Shown piece by piece: positions 38,092-47,409 of a stretch of DNA of 64,000 bases. The notes beneath the pieces are model-generated. The model was given only the letters and a program-made list of their open reading frames with translations, made no database searches and had not been told where the DNA came from. The stretch is taken from assembly GCA_003220795.1 (NCBI GenBank), contig QHTK01000053.1, positions 15,814 to 79,813 of the forward strand, read 5' to 3'. Source of the stretch: Gemmatimonadota bacterium (lineage in GTDB: Bacteria; Gemmatimonadota; Gemmatimonadetes; Gemmatimonadales; GWC2-71-9). Position 1 is the first letter of the stretch. Every line of letters begins with the position of its first letter. A program made the position numbers and the translations under genes.

Positions 38092-39473
38092 GATCCCGCC
38101 GTGTCGCGCAGTCCGGCCCGCCACTCGTCGCGAAAGCTGCGCGGGGCGAGGGGACGGAGATCCCGCCACTTGGTCCAGGCGCCCAGCGGCGGCACGATGT
38201 GCAGCCTCCGGGCCCAGCGCATCACCCACTCGAACAGCCGCGGCCGCGCCATCACGGCCGCGTAACTCGAGAACGCGAGCCGCTCCAGCAACGTCCCCGT
38301 CCCGGTACTCCCGCGCCGCGCGACCGCCTGTGCCCGCAGGTGCAGCAGCACCGCCGGGATGTCGATCTTGACGGGACAGACATCCCGGCAGGCGCCGCAC
38401 AGGCTGGACGCGTAGGGGAGGTCGGCCGACTCCCCCATTCCGAGCAGCTGCGGGGTCAACACCGCGCCGATGGGACCGGGATACACCGAGCCGTAGGCAT
38501 GGCCGCCGATCTGGCGGTACACGGGGCAGGCGTTGAGGCACGCGCCGCAGCGGATGCACGCGAGCGTCTGACGGGTCACCGGGGACGCCAGCATGCGCGA
38601 GCGGCCGTTGTCGAGCAGCACGATGTGCAGCTCCTCCGGCCCCTCGTCCGCCGGTTGGCGCTTGGTGCCCGTGAGCAATGATTGATACGCCGTCAGCGCC
38701 TGGCCGGTGCCGGAGCGGGGGAGCAGCCGCAGAAACACCTCCAGGTCGGCGAACCGCGGGATCACCTTTTCGATGCCCATGAGCGCGACGTGCGTGCGCG
38801 GGAGACTGGTCGTGAGTCGCGCGTTTCCCTCGTTCTCGAGGATAAGGATGGTCCCCGTCTCGGCAACCGCGAAGTTGACGCCGGAGACCCCGAGATCCGC
38901 CTCCGCGAAGCGGCGGCGCAGCGCTTGGCGGGCCGCCGCCGCGAGCGTCGCGATATCGTCGGAGGGCTCCGTCCCGAGCTTCTCCGCGAACAGAGCCCCG
39001 ATCTGCGCCCGGGTCTTGTGAATGGCGGGGGCCACGATGTGCGACGGCGTTTCACCGGCGAGCTGGACGATGTATTCGCCGAGGTCGGTCTCCACCGGCT
39101 CGATGCCGCGGCGCGCCAGCGCGGCGTTCAGGTGGATCTCTTCGGACGCCATACTCTTGCTCTTGACGATCGTCCGCGCCCCCCGTCGCTCGGCGATCCG
39201 GGCGATGATCTCGCATGCCTCCGCTGCGTCGCGCGCCCAATGGACCCGCGCGCCGGCGCGCTCGGCGTTGGCGGCGAACTGCTCCAGGTAGCGGTCCAGG
39301 CGGAGCAGCGTCTCGTCCTTGATGGCGCGGGCCCGGTCACGGGCGCCCTCCCAATCCGGCACCTCGGCGATCGCCGCCCGCCGCCGCTCGCCGAACAGAG
39401 TCGTGGCATGACGCAGCGCGCCGCGCAGCTGTCCGTCGGCCAGCGCCGTGCGCGCGTCCCGGTCGAAGGTCAT
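38088..39473 (-). CDS. lutB: LutB/LldF family L-lactate oxidation iron-sulfur protein
   Basis: 461 aa with two 4Fe-4S ferredoxin motifs (CIRCGACLNACPVY and CGACRDVCPVKIDIP) plus an N-terminal LUD/DUF162-like region. Confidence 0.85.
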   Translation of the reverse strand: MTFDRDARTALADGQLRGALRHATTLFGERRRAAIAEVPDWEGARDRARAIKDETLLRLDRYLEQFAANAERAGARVHWARDAAEACEIIARIAERRGARTIVKSKSMASEEIHLNAALARRGIEPVETDLGEYIVQLAGETPSHIVAPAIHKTRAQIGALFAEKLGTEPSDDIATLAAAARQALRRRFAEADLGVSGVNFAVAETGTILILENEGNARLTTSLPRTHVALMGIEKVIPRFADLEVFLRLLPRSGTGQALTAYQSLLTGTKRQPADEGPEELHIVLLDNGRSRMLASPVTRQTLACIRCGACLNACPVYRQIGGHAYGSVYPGPIGAVLTPQLLGMGESADLPYASSLCGACRDVCPVKIDIPAVLLHLRAQAVARRGSTGTGTLLERLAFSSYAAVMARPRLFEWVMRWARRLHIVPPLGAWTKWRDLRPLAPRSFRDEWRAGLRDTAGS

Positions 39474-40210
39474 GTGGTGGACGCGAGGACTTCCGCCAGG
39501 TGCAGCGCGCGGACGAGGGATCTGCGGCGTGACAGCCGGCCGCCGATCTGCATCAGGCAGCTCGCGTCCCCCGAGACGACGGCATCCACCCCCGCCCGGT
39601 CGATCGCGTCCACTTTCTCATCCAGGATCGCCACCGAGATCTCGGGATACTTCACCGAGAAGGTGCCGCCGAAGCCGCAGCACGTCTCCGCGCTCGCGGG
39701 GGGCAGCTCGACCAACTCCGCGCCGCGCACGTGGTGCAGCAGCCGGCGCGGCTCTTCCCTGATCTTCAAGTCGCGCAGGCCGTGACACGCGTCGTGCCAG
39801 GTGAGGCGGCCGGCGAAGCTCGCTCCCACGTCGTCCACGCCCAATCGATTGACGAGGAAGGAGCTGAGCTCGTACGTGCGCTCCGCCAGGGCCCGCGCCC
39901 GGGCACGCCAACCCGCATCCTCCAACAGCTGCTCGTAGTGATGCAGCATCGCGGTGCAGGATCCCGAGGGGCTGACGATGGCGTCGGCGCCGCTCGATTC
40001 AAAGATCTCGATGAGCCGGCGGGCCAGTGCGCACGCGTCCGGGCGATACCCGGTGTTGAACGCGGGCTGCCCGCAACACGTCTGGCGCTCGTCGAACTGC
40101 ACGTCGCACCCCACCCGCCGCAGCACCCGCACCGCGCCGACGGCCGCCGCCGGCCACAGTTGATCGGCCAGGCAGGTCACGAACAGGGAGACGCGCATCG
40201 GGGGCCTCAC
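39470..40210 (-). CDS. lutA: (Fe-S)-binding protein, LutA family (CCG domains)
   Basis: N-terminus RVSLFVTCLADQLWP..CCGQPAFNTGY, with a second cysteine-rich repeat WHDACH..CCGFGG. GTG 40210 overlaps the upstream stop; ATG 40198 is an alternative. Confidence 0.85.
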   Translation of the reverse strand: MRPPMRVSLFVTCLADQLWPAAAVGAVRVLRRVGCDVQFDERQTCCGQPAFNTGYRPDACALARRLIEIFESSGADAIVSPSGSCTAMLHHYEQLLEDAGWRARARALAERTYELSSFLVNRLGVDDVGASFAGRLTWHDACHGLRDLKIREEPRRLLHHVRGAELVELPPASAETCCGFGGTFSVKYPEISVAILDEKVDAIDRAGVDAVVSGDASCLMQIGGRLSRRRSLVRALHLAEVLASTT

Positions 40211-41352
40211 AGGACGACGACGCCTTTGACGTACTCAGGCGCACCGTGCTCGCCTGAGAGGGCGCGGGCGATCGAATCGAGTGATGGGTGCCGGTGTGTG
40301 ATCAGCGATCGGACGTCCACCTTCCCGCGCTCGATCAGGTCCAGCGCGCGGACGTAGGTGGCCGGTCGGCCGTCGTCCGTGAAGCCGCCGGACGCCCCGA
40401 CCGGCGTCAGCAGGGTGGGCTCGAGGAACTGGAGCTGGCTCAGCACGCTCAGGTCGACGCCCGTGTGGCCGTGCCCGTACAAGAGGATCGTCGCCTGCTT
40501 CCGCACGAGCCGCGGGATGGCCGCGAACGCCGGTCCGGACCCTGTGGCCTCGATGAGCAGCTCGGCGCGGCGACCTTGGGTGCGCTCGTGCACCACCTCC
40601 ACCGGGTCGGTGGCGGTCGGGTCTAGCGTCTCGGCGCCGAACCGCTCCGCCAGGGCGCGCTTGCCGGCGCTCGGCTCGGTGACCAGGAGCAGCCCATCGA
40701 AGCCGAGGATATTGCGGAGATACTGCACCCAGAGGAGACCCGCGGGGCCTGCTCCGCAGATCACGACGCAGCGCGCCCGTTCTCCGCCGCCTCCGCCGTC
40801 CCGCAGGGCGTAGCGCGCCGGGGTACCCGTGAGCACGTGCGCCGAGTGGACCACGCAGCCCAGCGGCTCGGTCAGCGCGGCGACGGCTGGGTCCCGGTCG
40901 GATTCGACGCGCACGGCGTTCACCGCCGGGATGGTCAGATACTCGGCGAACCCGCCCGGTAGCCCGGTGATCCCGTGTTCGCTGTACGACTCGCACTGGT
41001 GTGAGTCGCCGCTGGCGCAGTATTCGCACAGGGGCGAGCGTGCCGCGCTCACGCAGTTCCTCCCCTGATCAACCACCACCCGCTCGCCAGGACGCAGATG
41101 GCTCACGCTCACCCCCACCGCTTCCACCACACCAGCGATCTCATGTCCCAGGATCTGGGGCTCGCGGGCGAGCGGGATCGGCCGCCCCCGCTCGTCACAA
41201 TGGTAGTTGGCGTGCCCCGCGAAGATGTGGAAGTCCGTGCCGCACAGCCCGACGGCCGTGACGCGCACCAGCACGTCGCCCGGCCCCGGGTCCACGCACG
41301 GGACGTCGCGTAGCTCGATCCGGCCGATGTCGACGAGAACGGCGGCCTTCAA
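40207..41352 (-). CDS. zinc-dependent alcohol/polyol dehydrogenase (MDR family)
   Basis: TTG 41352 overlaps the GH29 stop (TTGA). Zn motif GLCGTDFHIFAG..GHEIAGVV, a structural Zn cysteine cluster (CEYCASGDSHQC) and Rossmann VICGAGPAGL. Confidence 0.8.
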   Translation of the reverse strand: MKAAVLVDIGRIELRDVPCVDPGPGDVLVRVTAVGLCGTDFHIFAGHANYHCDERGRPIPLAREPQILGHEIAGVVEAVGVSVSHLRPGERVVVDQGRNCVSAARSPLCEYCASGDSHQCESYSEHGITGLPGGFAEYLTIPAVNAVRVESDRDPAVAALTEPLGCVVHSAHVLTGTPARYALRDGGGGGERARCVVICGAGPAGLLWVQYLRNILGFDGLLLVTEPSAGKRALAERFGAETLDPTATDPVEVVHERTQGRRAELLIEATGSGPAFAAIPRLVRKQATILLYGHGHTGVDLSVLSQLQFLEPTLLTPVGASGGFTDDGRPATYVRALDLIERGKVDVRSLITHRHPSLDSIARALSGEHGAPEYVKGVVVL

Positions 41353-42689
41353 GGCAGGACGGGGGAGGTCGTTTCGAGCACCAGCACCGACGCTATCGTG
41401 CTCGGCGCCACCGCCGGCACCTCGACCACGAAGCCCGAGTCCGTGCGCTCGATGGGGAGCGGCTTCCCGTCCGCCAGCACGTAGACGCGCAGCGGCTGCT
41501 CTTTCACACCTGTCAGCGGCAAGCGATGGTCCTTGGGCCAGTCGAAGACGTGGGCATACACCCGTCCCGGTTTGGCGGTGTAGCGGCCCCACGCCGGCAT
41601 ACCGTATGGGCTCACGGTCGTCGCATAGATGGCCTCGCCATTGGCCCTCATCCAGTCGCCCATTTCGTGCAGCCGCCACACGATCGCCCCGGGGATCAGC
41701 CCTTCGGCGGTCGGCCCCACGTTGAGGAGGAAGTTGCCGCCCTTGGATGCCACGTCGATCAGCGTCCGCAACAGCGTGCGCGTGTCCTTCCAGTCGTCGT
41801 CGTACGACTTGTAGCCCCAGGTGTCGTTCATCGTCATGCACGTCTCCCAATCGACGCCGGGCAGTCCCTCGGGCGGAACCTGCTGCTCCGGGGTCCCGAA
41901 GTCCCCGAGCCCGATTTGACCCTCCCTGTTGAGTCCGCTCAGTCCCTGGCGAGTGTGACCGACACGGTTGTTGACGATCAGGCCGGGACGGATGGCGCGG
42001 ACGTAGTTGTACAGATCCCGCCCCTGCTCGTCGCTCCAGTCCGCGATCCATTCGCCGTCGAACCACAGCACGTCGATGGCGGGGTACTGCGTGAGCAGCT
42101 CTTTGAGCTGGGGCTTCATGTACGTGTCGACGTAACGCCCGAAGTTGGGATTGCTCCAGGTGCGCGAGTTATAGTCGGGGTAGTTGGGCCCCTGGGCATC
42201 CGGGTGATGCCAATCCATGATCGAATAGTAGACCCCGAACCTGAGGCCGGCACGATGGGCCGCCTCCGACAGCGCCTTGATCACGTCCCGTTTGTACGGC
42301 GTGGCGTCCATGATGTCGTAGCTCGAGACCTTCGAGTCGAAGATGGCGAAGCCGTCGTGGTGCTTGGAGGTGATGACGATGTACTTCATACCCGCGTCCT
42401 TCGCGATGCGCACCCACTCGTCGGCATCGAATCGCGTGGGGTTGAAGCTGTGGACGTATTTCTCGTATTCGGGGATCGGGATGTGAGCCCGACTCATGAT
42501 CCACTCGCCGATGCCGCGGATCCGCTCTCCGTTGTAGGTGCCGGCGGGCACGGCGTACGCGCCCCAGTGGATGAACATCCCGAACTGCGCATCGCGCCAC
42601 CACGCCATGCGGGCGTTGCGCTGGGCGGGAGTCTCGGGCGCTTGGGCTTGCGCCAGCAGCGCCAGCAGGACGAGGTGACTGATCGACAT
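41349..42689 (-). CDS. alpha-L-fucosidase, GH29
   Basis: ATG 42689 preceded by GGAGG. Signal MSISHLVLLALLAQAQA. GH29 motifs are FGMFIHWGAY, AGMKYIVITSKHHDGFAIFDS and VLWFDGEW. Confidence 0.9.
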   Translation of the reverse strand: MSISHLVLLALLAQAQAPETPAQRNARMAWWRDAQFGMFIHWGAYAVPAGTYNGERIRGIGEWIMSRAHIPIPEYEKYVHSFNPTRFDADEWVRIAKDAGMKYIVITSKHHDGFAIFDSKVSSYDIMDATPYKRDVIKALSEAAHRAGLRFGVYYSIMDWHHPDAQGPNYPDYNSRTWSNPNFGRYVDTYMKPQLKELLTQYPAIDVLWFDGEWIADWSDEQGRDLYNYVRAIRPGLIVNNRVGHTRQGLSGLNREGQIGLGDFGTPEQQVPPEGLPGVDWETCMTMNDTWGYKSYDDDWKDTRTLLRTLIDVASKGGNFLLNVGPTAEGLIPGAIVWRLHEMGDWMRANGEAIYATTVSPYGMPAWGRYTAKPGRVYAHVFDWPKDHRLPLTGVKEQPLRVYVLADGKPLPIERTDSGFVVEVPAVAPSTIASVLVLETTSPVLP

Positions 42690-42700
42690 CGGTCCTCCCA

Positions 42701-44011
42701 CTAGCCTCCCTTCCACACCGGCCCGTTCGGGTACGCATAATGCGCCAGGCTCTCCGCCCGCATCGTGATGCTGTAGCCGGGGGCGGTCGGCACGAGGTAG
42801 CGACCGTCCCGCACGACGACGGGATCGACGAAGTGCTCGTGCAAGTGGTCCACGTACTCGACGACGCGGTCCTCGAGCGACGCGCTGACGCACATGTAGT
42901 CGAAGATCGCGAGATGCTGCACGTACTCGCACAGCCCCACGCCGCCGGCGTGGGGGCAGACCGGGATCCCGAACTTCGCGGCGAGCAGCAGTACCGCCAG
43001 CACCTCGTTGACCCCGCCCAGCCGGCAGCTGTCGATCTGGCAAAACCGCATCGCGCCCGCCTGCATCAGCTGCTTGAACATGACCCGGTTATGGCATTGC
43101 TCTCCGGTGGCGACCCCGATCGGCGCGATCGCCCGCGCGATCGCGGCGTGGCCCAGCACGTCGTCGGGACTGGTCGGCTCCTCGATCCACCAGGGATCGA
43201 ACCGCGCCAGCTCGCGCATGCTGGCGATCGCCTCCTGCACGTCCCACACCTGATTGGCGTCGAGCATGAGCTTCCTGTCCGGTCCGATCTCGCCGCGCAC
43301 GACCGCCGCGCGCCGCAGATCGTCCTCCAGGTCGCGGCCGACTTTGATCTTGAAGTGCGACCACCCGCGCGCTACTCCCTCGTGGCACAAGCGCCGGATC
43401 TTCTCGTCTGAGTAGCCGAGCCAGCCCGCCGAGGTCGTATAGGCGGGATAGCCGCTGCGCCGGAGCTCCGCCTCCCGGGCGGCGCGGGTCGGTGCGTGCG
43501 CGCGCAGCACGTCGAGCGCGTCTTGCGGTGTGAGGGCGTCGCTTAAATACCGGAAGTCGATACAGCGCACCAATTCCTCCGGACTCATATCGCGTAGCAG
43601 CTGCCACAGCGGCTTCCCCTCCACTTTGGCGTAGAGGTCCCACACCGCGTTCACGAGGGCGGCGGTGGCCAGGTGGACGACGCCTTTTTCCGGTCCCACC
43701 CAGCGGAGCTGCGAGTCCCCGGTGAGACGCCGCCAGAAGCGTCCCATGTCCGTCTTGATTTGCTCCAGCGTGAGCCCCTGAACGAGCGGCGCGAGCGCGT
43801 GCACCGCGGCGACGCACAGCTCGTTGCCCCGTCCGATGGTGAAGGTGAGACCGTGTCCCGCCGAGCCGTCCCGGTGGTCGGTGCGCAGCACCACGTACGC
43901 CGCCGAGTAGTCCGGGTCCGGGTTCATCGCGTCCGAGCCGTCCCGCTCCTGCGAAGTCGGGAACCGGATGTCGTGGACGTCGACGCGAGTGATCGTGGTG
44001 GGGCGGGGCAT
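42701..44011 (-). CDS. fucD: L-fuconate dehydratase (enolase superfamily, mandelate racemase subgroup)
   Basis: 436 aa. The N-terminus [39 protein letters not shown] and the following [13 protein letters not shown] closely resemble characterised FucD. The gene context gives the four other fucose-pathway enzymes. Confidence 0.8.
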   Translation of the reverse strand: MPRPTTITRVDVHDIRFPTSQERDGSDAMNPDPDYSAAYVVLRTDHRDGSAGHGLTFTIGRGNELCVAAVHALAPLVQGLTLEQIKTDMGRFWRRLTGDSQLRWVGPEKGVVHLATAALVNAVWDLYAKVEGKPLWQLLRDMSPEELVRCIDFRYLSDALTPQDALDVLRAHAPTRAAREAELRRSGYPAYTTSAGWLGYSDEKIRRLCHEGVARGWSHFKIKVGRDLEDDLRRAAVVRGEIGPDRKLMLDANQVWDVQEAIASMRELARFDPWWIEEPTSPDDVLGHAAIARAIAPIGVATGEQCHNRVMFKQLMQAGAMRFCQIDSCRLGGVNEVLAVLLLAAKFGIPVCPHAGGVGLCEYVQHLAIFDYMCVSASLEDRVVEYVDHLHEHFVDPVVVRDGRYLVPTAPGYSITMRAESLAHYAYPNGPVWKGG

Positions 44012-44028
44012 CGGTCGAGGATACCCCT

Positions 44029-44793
44029 TCACATGGCGGTGAAGCCACCGTCGACCGGAAGCGCGACGCCCGTAACGAAGCCGGCCTCGGGCGACACGAG
44101 CCACAGCGCGGCGGCGGCGCACTCTTCGGGCGTGCCCAGGCGTCTCATCGGCTGCGCGGTGCGATACTCGGTCCAGGCGGCCGCCGGGTCGGGCATCGCG
44201 TCCGCGAAGCGGCGCAGCATCGGTGTGTCGATGATACCCGGACACAACGCGTTCACGCGTATGCCGCGGGTGGCGTAGTCGAGCGCCAGCGCCTTGGCCA
44301 GCAGCACGACGGCGCCCTTCGAGGCGCAGTACACCGGCGAATCGGTCTGCGCCACGAGCCCCGTCTTGCTCGCGGTGAAGAGCAGCACGCCGCCCTCGGG
44401 CTGTCGCAGCATGATCGGAATGGCGTGACGGGCGGCGTAGAGCGGCCCCTTCACGTTCACGGCGAGCAGCCCGTCGATCTCCTCGTCGGAGCTGTCCACG
44501 AGCAGTTTCGGCAGGTTGATGCCGGCGTTGCAGAACAGGATGTCGAGCCGGCCGTAGCGCGCGACGCAGGCGTCGATCATCCGTTCGTTGTCGGCGCGGC
44601 GGCCCACGTCGGCGTGCACGAAGCAGGCGGCGCCACCCGACTGCGTGATCACCTGCGCCAGCGCCTCTCCCTCGGCGTCCTGTACGTCCGCCAGCACGAG
44701 GCGCGCGCCTTCCTGCGCGAAGCGCAGCGCGCTGGCGCGTCCGATGCCCGTGCTCGCACCGGTGATCACGGCCGTCTTGCCCTGAAGGCTCAC
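44029..44793 (-). CDS. SDR family oxidoreductase (candidate 2-keto-3-deoxy-L-fuconate dehydrogenase)
   Basis: GTG 44793 lies one base after the FAH stop. TGASTGIG cofactor motif, NAG, and YCASKGAV (YxxxK). The specific role is inferred from its position between FAH and fucD. Confidence 0.7.
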   Translation of the reverse strand: MSLQGKTAVITGASTGIGRASALRFAQEGARLVLADVQDAEGEALAQVITQSGGAACFVHADVGRRADNERMIDACVARYGRLDILFCNAGINLPKLLVDSSDEEIDGLLAVNVKGPLYAARHAIPIMLRQPEGGVLLFTASKTGLVAQTDSPVYCASKGAVVLLAKALALDYATRGIRVNALCPGIIDTPMLRRFADAMPDPAAAWTEYRTAQPMRRLGTPEECAAAALWLVSPEAGFVTGVALPVDGGFTAM

Positions 44794-44794
44794 G

Positions 44795-45664
44795 TTAGCG
44801 GTAGGCACGTAGGCGCTGGCGTGCCGAGCCGAGCCCCTCGATGCCGAGCTCCACTTCATCCCCGTCGACCAAGTAGCGCGGCGGCGTCTGGCCTAGTCCC
44901 ACGCCCGGGGGCGTACCGGTGGAGATGATGTCGCCGGGCAGGAGCGTCATGAACTGGCTGATGTAGCTGACGAGCGTCGGCACGTCGAAGATGAGCTCGC
45001 ACGTCGAGCTGCATTGCTTGGCCTCGCCGTTCACGTTGAGCCAGATCCGCAGGTCGTGCACGTCGCGGATCTCGTCCGGGGTGGCGAGGAACGGTCCCAG
45101 GGGGGCGAACGTGTCGCAGCTCTTGCCCTTGACCCACTGGCCGCCGCGCTCCAGCTGGAACGACCGCTCCGAGTAATCGTTGTGGAGCACGTAGCCGGCG
45201 ACGTGGTCGAGCGCGCGGTCCCGCTCGACGTACACCGCCCGGCGGCCGATCACCACCGCCAGCTCGACCTCCCAGTCGACCTTGGTGCCGTCCCGCGGAA
45301 TGATGACGTCGTCGTTGGGGCCGGTGATGGCGGTGGTCGCCTTGAAGAACAGCACCGGCTCGTCCGGGACGGCCATGCCGGACTCGCGGGCGTGGTCCCG
45401 GTAATTGAGGCCGACGCACACGATCTTGCTCGGCCGGCAGATCGGGGGCCCGAGTCGCACGTCGGTCGCCACGACCGGCGCCGCTCCGCCCACGTCGGCC
45501 AGCCAGCGCGCCAGCCGCTCCAGACCTCCCGAGCCGAAGAACGCCTCGTCATAATCGGCATCCCCCCCAACCCCCGCGAAGCCCGACGCGTCGATGCGCC
45601 GGCCGTCGGAGAGGATCAGCCCGGGTCGCTCGCGGCCCGGCTCACCGAATCGGATGAGTTTCAT
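44795..45664 (-). CDS. fumarylacetoacetate hydrolase family protein (candidate 2,4-diketo-3-deoxy-L-fuconate hydrolase)
   Basis: 289 aa. FAH-fold segments are KIVCVGLNYRDHA, DWEVELAVVIG and GDIISTGTPPGVG. The specific role is inferred from context. Confidence 0.75.
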   Translation of the reverse strand: MKLIRFGEPGRERPGLILSDGRRIDASGFAGVGGDADYDEAFFGSGGLERLARWLADVGGAAPVVATDVRLGPPICRPSKIVCVGLNYRDHARESGMAVPDEPVLFFKATTAITGPNDDVIIPRDGTKVDWEVELAVVIGRRAVYVERDRALDHVAGYVLHNDYSERSFQLERGGQWVKGKSCDTFAPLGPFLATPDEIRDVHDLRIWLNVNGEAKQCSSTCELIFDVPTLVSYISQFMTLLPGDIISTGTPPGVGLGQTPPRYLVDGDEVELGIEGLGSARQRLRAYR

Positions 45665-45667
45665 GGC

Positions 45668-46456
45668 TCACATCTTGAGGGTGACGAAGCCGCCGTCGAT
45701 CGCGTAATTGCATCCCGTGATGAAGGCGGCGGCATCGGAACAGAGAAACAGGGCGAGCTCGGCGATCTCCTCCGGCCGTCCCATGCGCCCGATCGGCTGC
45801 GTCCGTGACAGCTGCTCGAACATCTCCCGCTCCCGCCCGGGATAACTCTTCGCCAGGAAACCGTCGACGAACGGCGTGTGGACCCGTCCCGGGGCGATGC
45901 AGTTGCAGCGCACCTTCTCGGTCACGTAGTCACGGGCCACCGAGTAGGTCATCGTCAACACCGCGCCCTTGGTCATCGAATAAGCGAATCGATCCGGAAT
46001 GCCGACGCTCGACGCGACCGACGCGATATTCAGGATCACGCCGCCACGGGCCTTCATCACCGGCACGGCCGCCTGCATGCAATTGTAGACGCCCTTCACG
46101 TTCACGGCATAGAGCCGATCCAAGTCCTGCTCCGACGTCTGCTCGAGGTTGCCGACGTGGGCAATCCCGGCGCTGTTCACGAGCACGTCCAGCGTCCCGT
46201 ATCGCCGCCGTAATTTCTCGAACGCGGCCGCCACGTCTGCCTGCCGGCTCACGTCGCACAGGACGGCGACGGATTCTCCTCCCTCGCCGCCGCCGCTGCA
46301 CGCCGCGATCTCGCGCACCGTCTGCTCCGCGGCCGGCTCGGCCACGTCCACCACCGCGACGCGCGCGCCCGCCCGGGCGAACCGCAGCGCGATCGCGCGG
46401 CCGATACCGGAGCCGCCGCCCGTCACGATCGCGACACGCTGCTCGAGCTCCTTCAT
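45668..46456 (-). CDS. SDR family oxidoreductase (candidate L-fucose dehydrogenase)
   Basis: TGGGSGIG motif, NSAG, and YSMTKGAV (YxxxK). ATG 46456 overlaps the upstream stop (ATGA). The specific role is inferred from context. Confidence 0.7.
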   Translation of the reverse strand: MKELEQRVAIVTGGGSGIGRAIALRFARAGARVAVVDVAEPAAEQTVREIAACSGGGEGGESVAVLCDVSRQADVAAAFEKLRRRYGTLDVLVNSAGIAHVGNLEQTSEQDLDRLYAVNVKGVYNCMQAAVPVMKARGGVILNIASVASSVGIPDRFAYSMTKGAVLTMTYSVARDYVTEKVRCNCIAPGRVHTPFVDGFLAKSYPGREREMFEQLSRTQPIGRMGRPEEIAELALFLCSDAAAFITGCNYAIDGGFVTLKM

Positions 46457-47409
46457 AGGCCGTATACGCGCGCTGCGGTGTCAGCGTAGAAGCGGCACCG
46501 TTCCGCCGCGCTCCACCCGGCGGTGAAGCGGTCCGTGAATCCGTACCACTCACAATAGCTGCCACCGAGGGTGAGGACGGGCCAGTCGCTGCCGTACATC
46601 ACCCGCTCCCTCCCGAAGCACTCGACCACCCAGGCGGTGTAGGGGATCAGCGTGTCGTCACGGAGGTCCTGCGGGTTCGCTTCGGTCAGGAGCCCCGAGA
46701 GCTTGCACCACACGTTGTCGTGCGCGGCGAGGCGCGCGACGTCCGCGCGCCACGGGTCGAGCCGTCGCGTACGAATTGCCGGCTTGCCGCAGTGATCCAG
46801 CACGAAGCGGGTGTCGGGACATTGGCGTACCAGGTCCGCGACGTCGCGCAACTGGTCGTGCGTGGCGCAGAGATCGAAGGTGAGCCCGCGACCGCCGACC
46901 GCCTGAACCCCCTGCACGAATGCCGGCTGCAGGCAGAATCCGGCGGGCTGCCCCTGGATGTTGTGGCGGGTGCCTTTGACCCGCGGCGAGCTCGACAGCG
47001 CATCGAGCGTCTGTTCCAGCCCCCGGTCCCCGGCCCCCGACTCCGGCGTAAGATCGGCGAAGGCGATGATACCGGCGATGCGCGGCTCCGCCCTGGCCAG
47101 GCGCTCGACGAGCTGCACCTCGCGTTGCGCCTCATCGGGTCGGCAGTTGCCCTCGACGAACACGAGCTGGGTGATGGCCACTTCCCCGGTGGCGGCCGCG
47201 TAATCCGCCGGCCGGAAGGCGCGGTCGAGGGCCGGCACCGCTTCGAGCCAGGGGTAGTGGAGCTCGGCGGGATCCCAGAAGTGGACGTGGGAATCGATAA
47301 CCGAACGCGGAACGCGGCAGTCGGAACGCGGAACATCAACGCGAGCGTCGTGGCGGCGACCGATCTCGCCCGGCTGTTCCGCGTTCCGCGTTCCGCGTTC
47401 CGACTTCAC
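46453..47409 (-). CDS. amidohydrolase family protein (COG3618-like, candidate L-fucono-1,5-lactonase) with atypical 37-codon leader
   Basis: The core begins IDSHVHFWDP (HxH metal motif) and later has VLDHCGKP. The only in-frame ATG/GTG/TTG upstream of HxH is GTG 47409, which overlaps the permease stop (GTGA). The leader is encoded by the heptamer inverted repeat, so the start is uncertain. Confidence 0.7.
   Translation of the reverse strand: MKSERGTRNAEQPGEIGRRHDARVDVPRSDCRVPRSVIDSHVHFWDPAELHYPWLEAVPALDRAFRPADYAAATGEVAITQLVFVEGNCRPDEAQREVQLVERLARAEPRIAGIIAFADLTPESGAGDRGLEQTLDALSSSPRVKGTRHNIQGQPAGFCLQPAFVQGVQAVGGRGLTFDLCATHDQLRDVADLVRQCPDTRFVLDHCGKPAIRTRRLDPWRADVARLAAHDNVWCKLSGLLTEANPQDLRDDTLIPYTAWVVECFGRERVMYGSDWPVLTLGGSYCEWYGFTDRFTAGWSAAERCRFYADTAARVYGL
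47302..47404. repeat. inverted arrays of a 7-bp unit (GGAACGC / GCGTTCC) flanking a ~39-nt spacer
   Basis: The left block is CGAACGC GGAACGC GG CAGTC GGAACGC GGAACA (47302-47335). The right block is TGTTCC GCGTTCC GCGTTCC GCGTTCC GAC (47375-47404). There is a 13-bp perfect complement (47323-47335 with 47375-47387), plus slipped additional pairing. Confidence 0.85.

Noticed and set aside
47302-47404. The heptamer repeat region, considered as a possible CRISPR array or minisatellite.
   Set aside because: The units are 7 bp with no unique spacers, arranged as two opposed blocks, and no cas genes are present. It is an inverted-repeat structure, not a CRISPR array.
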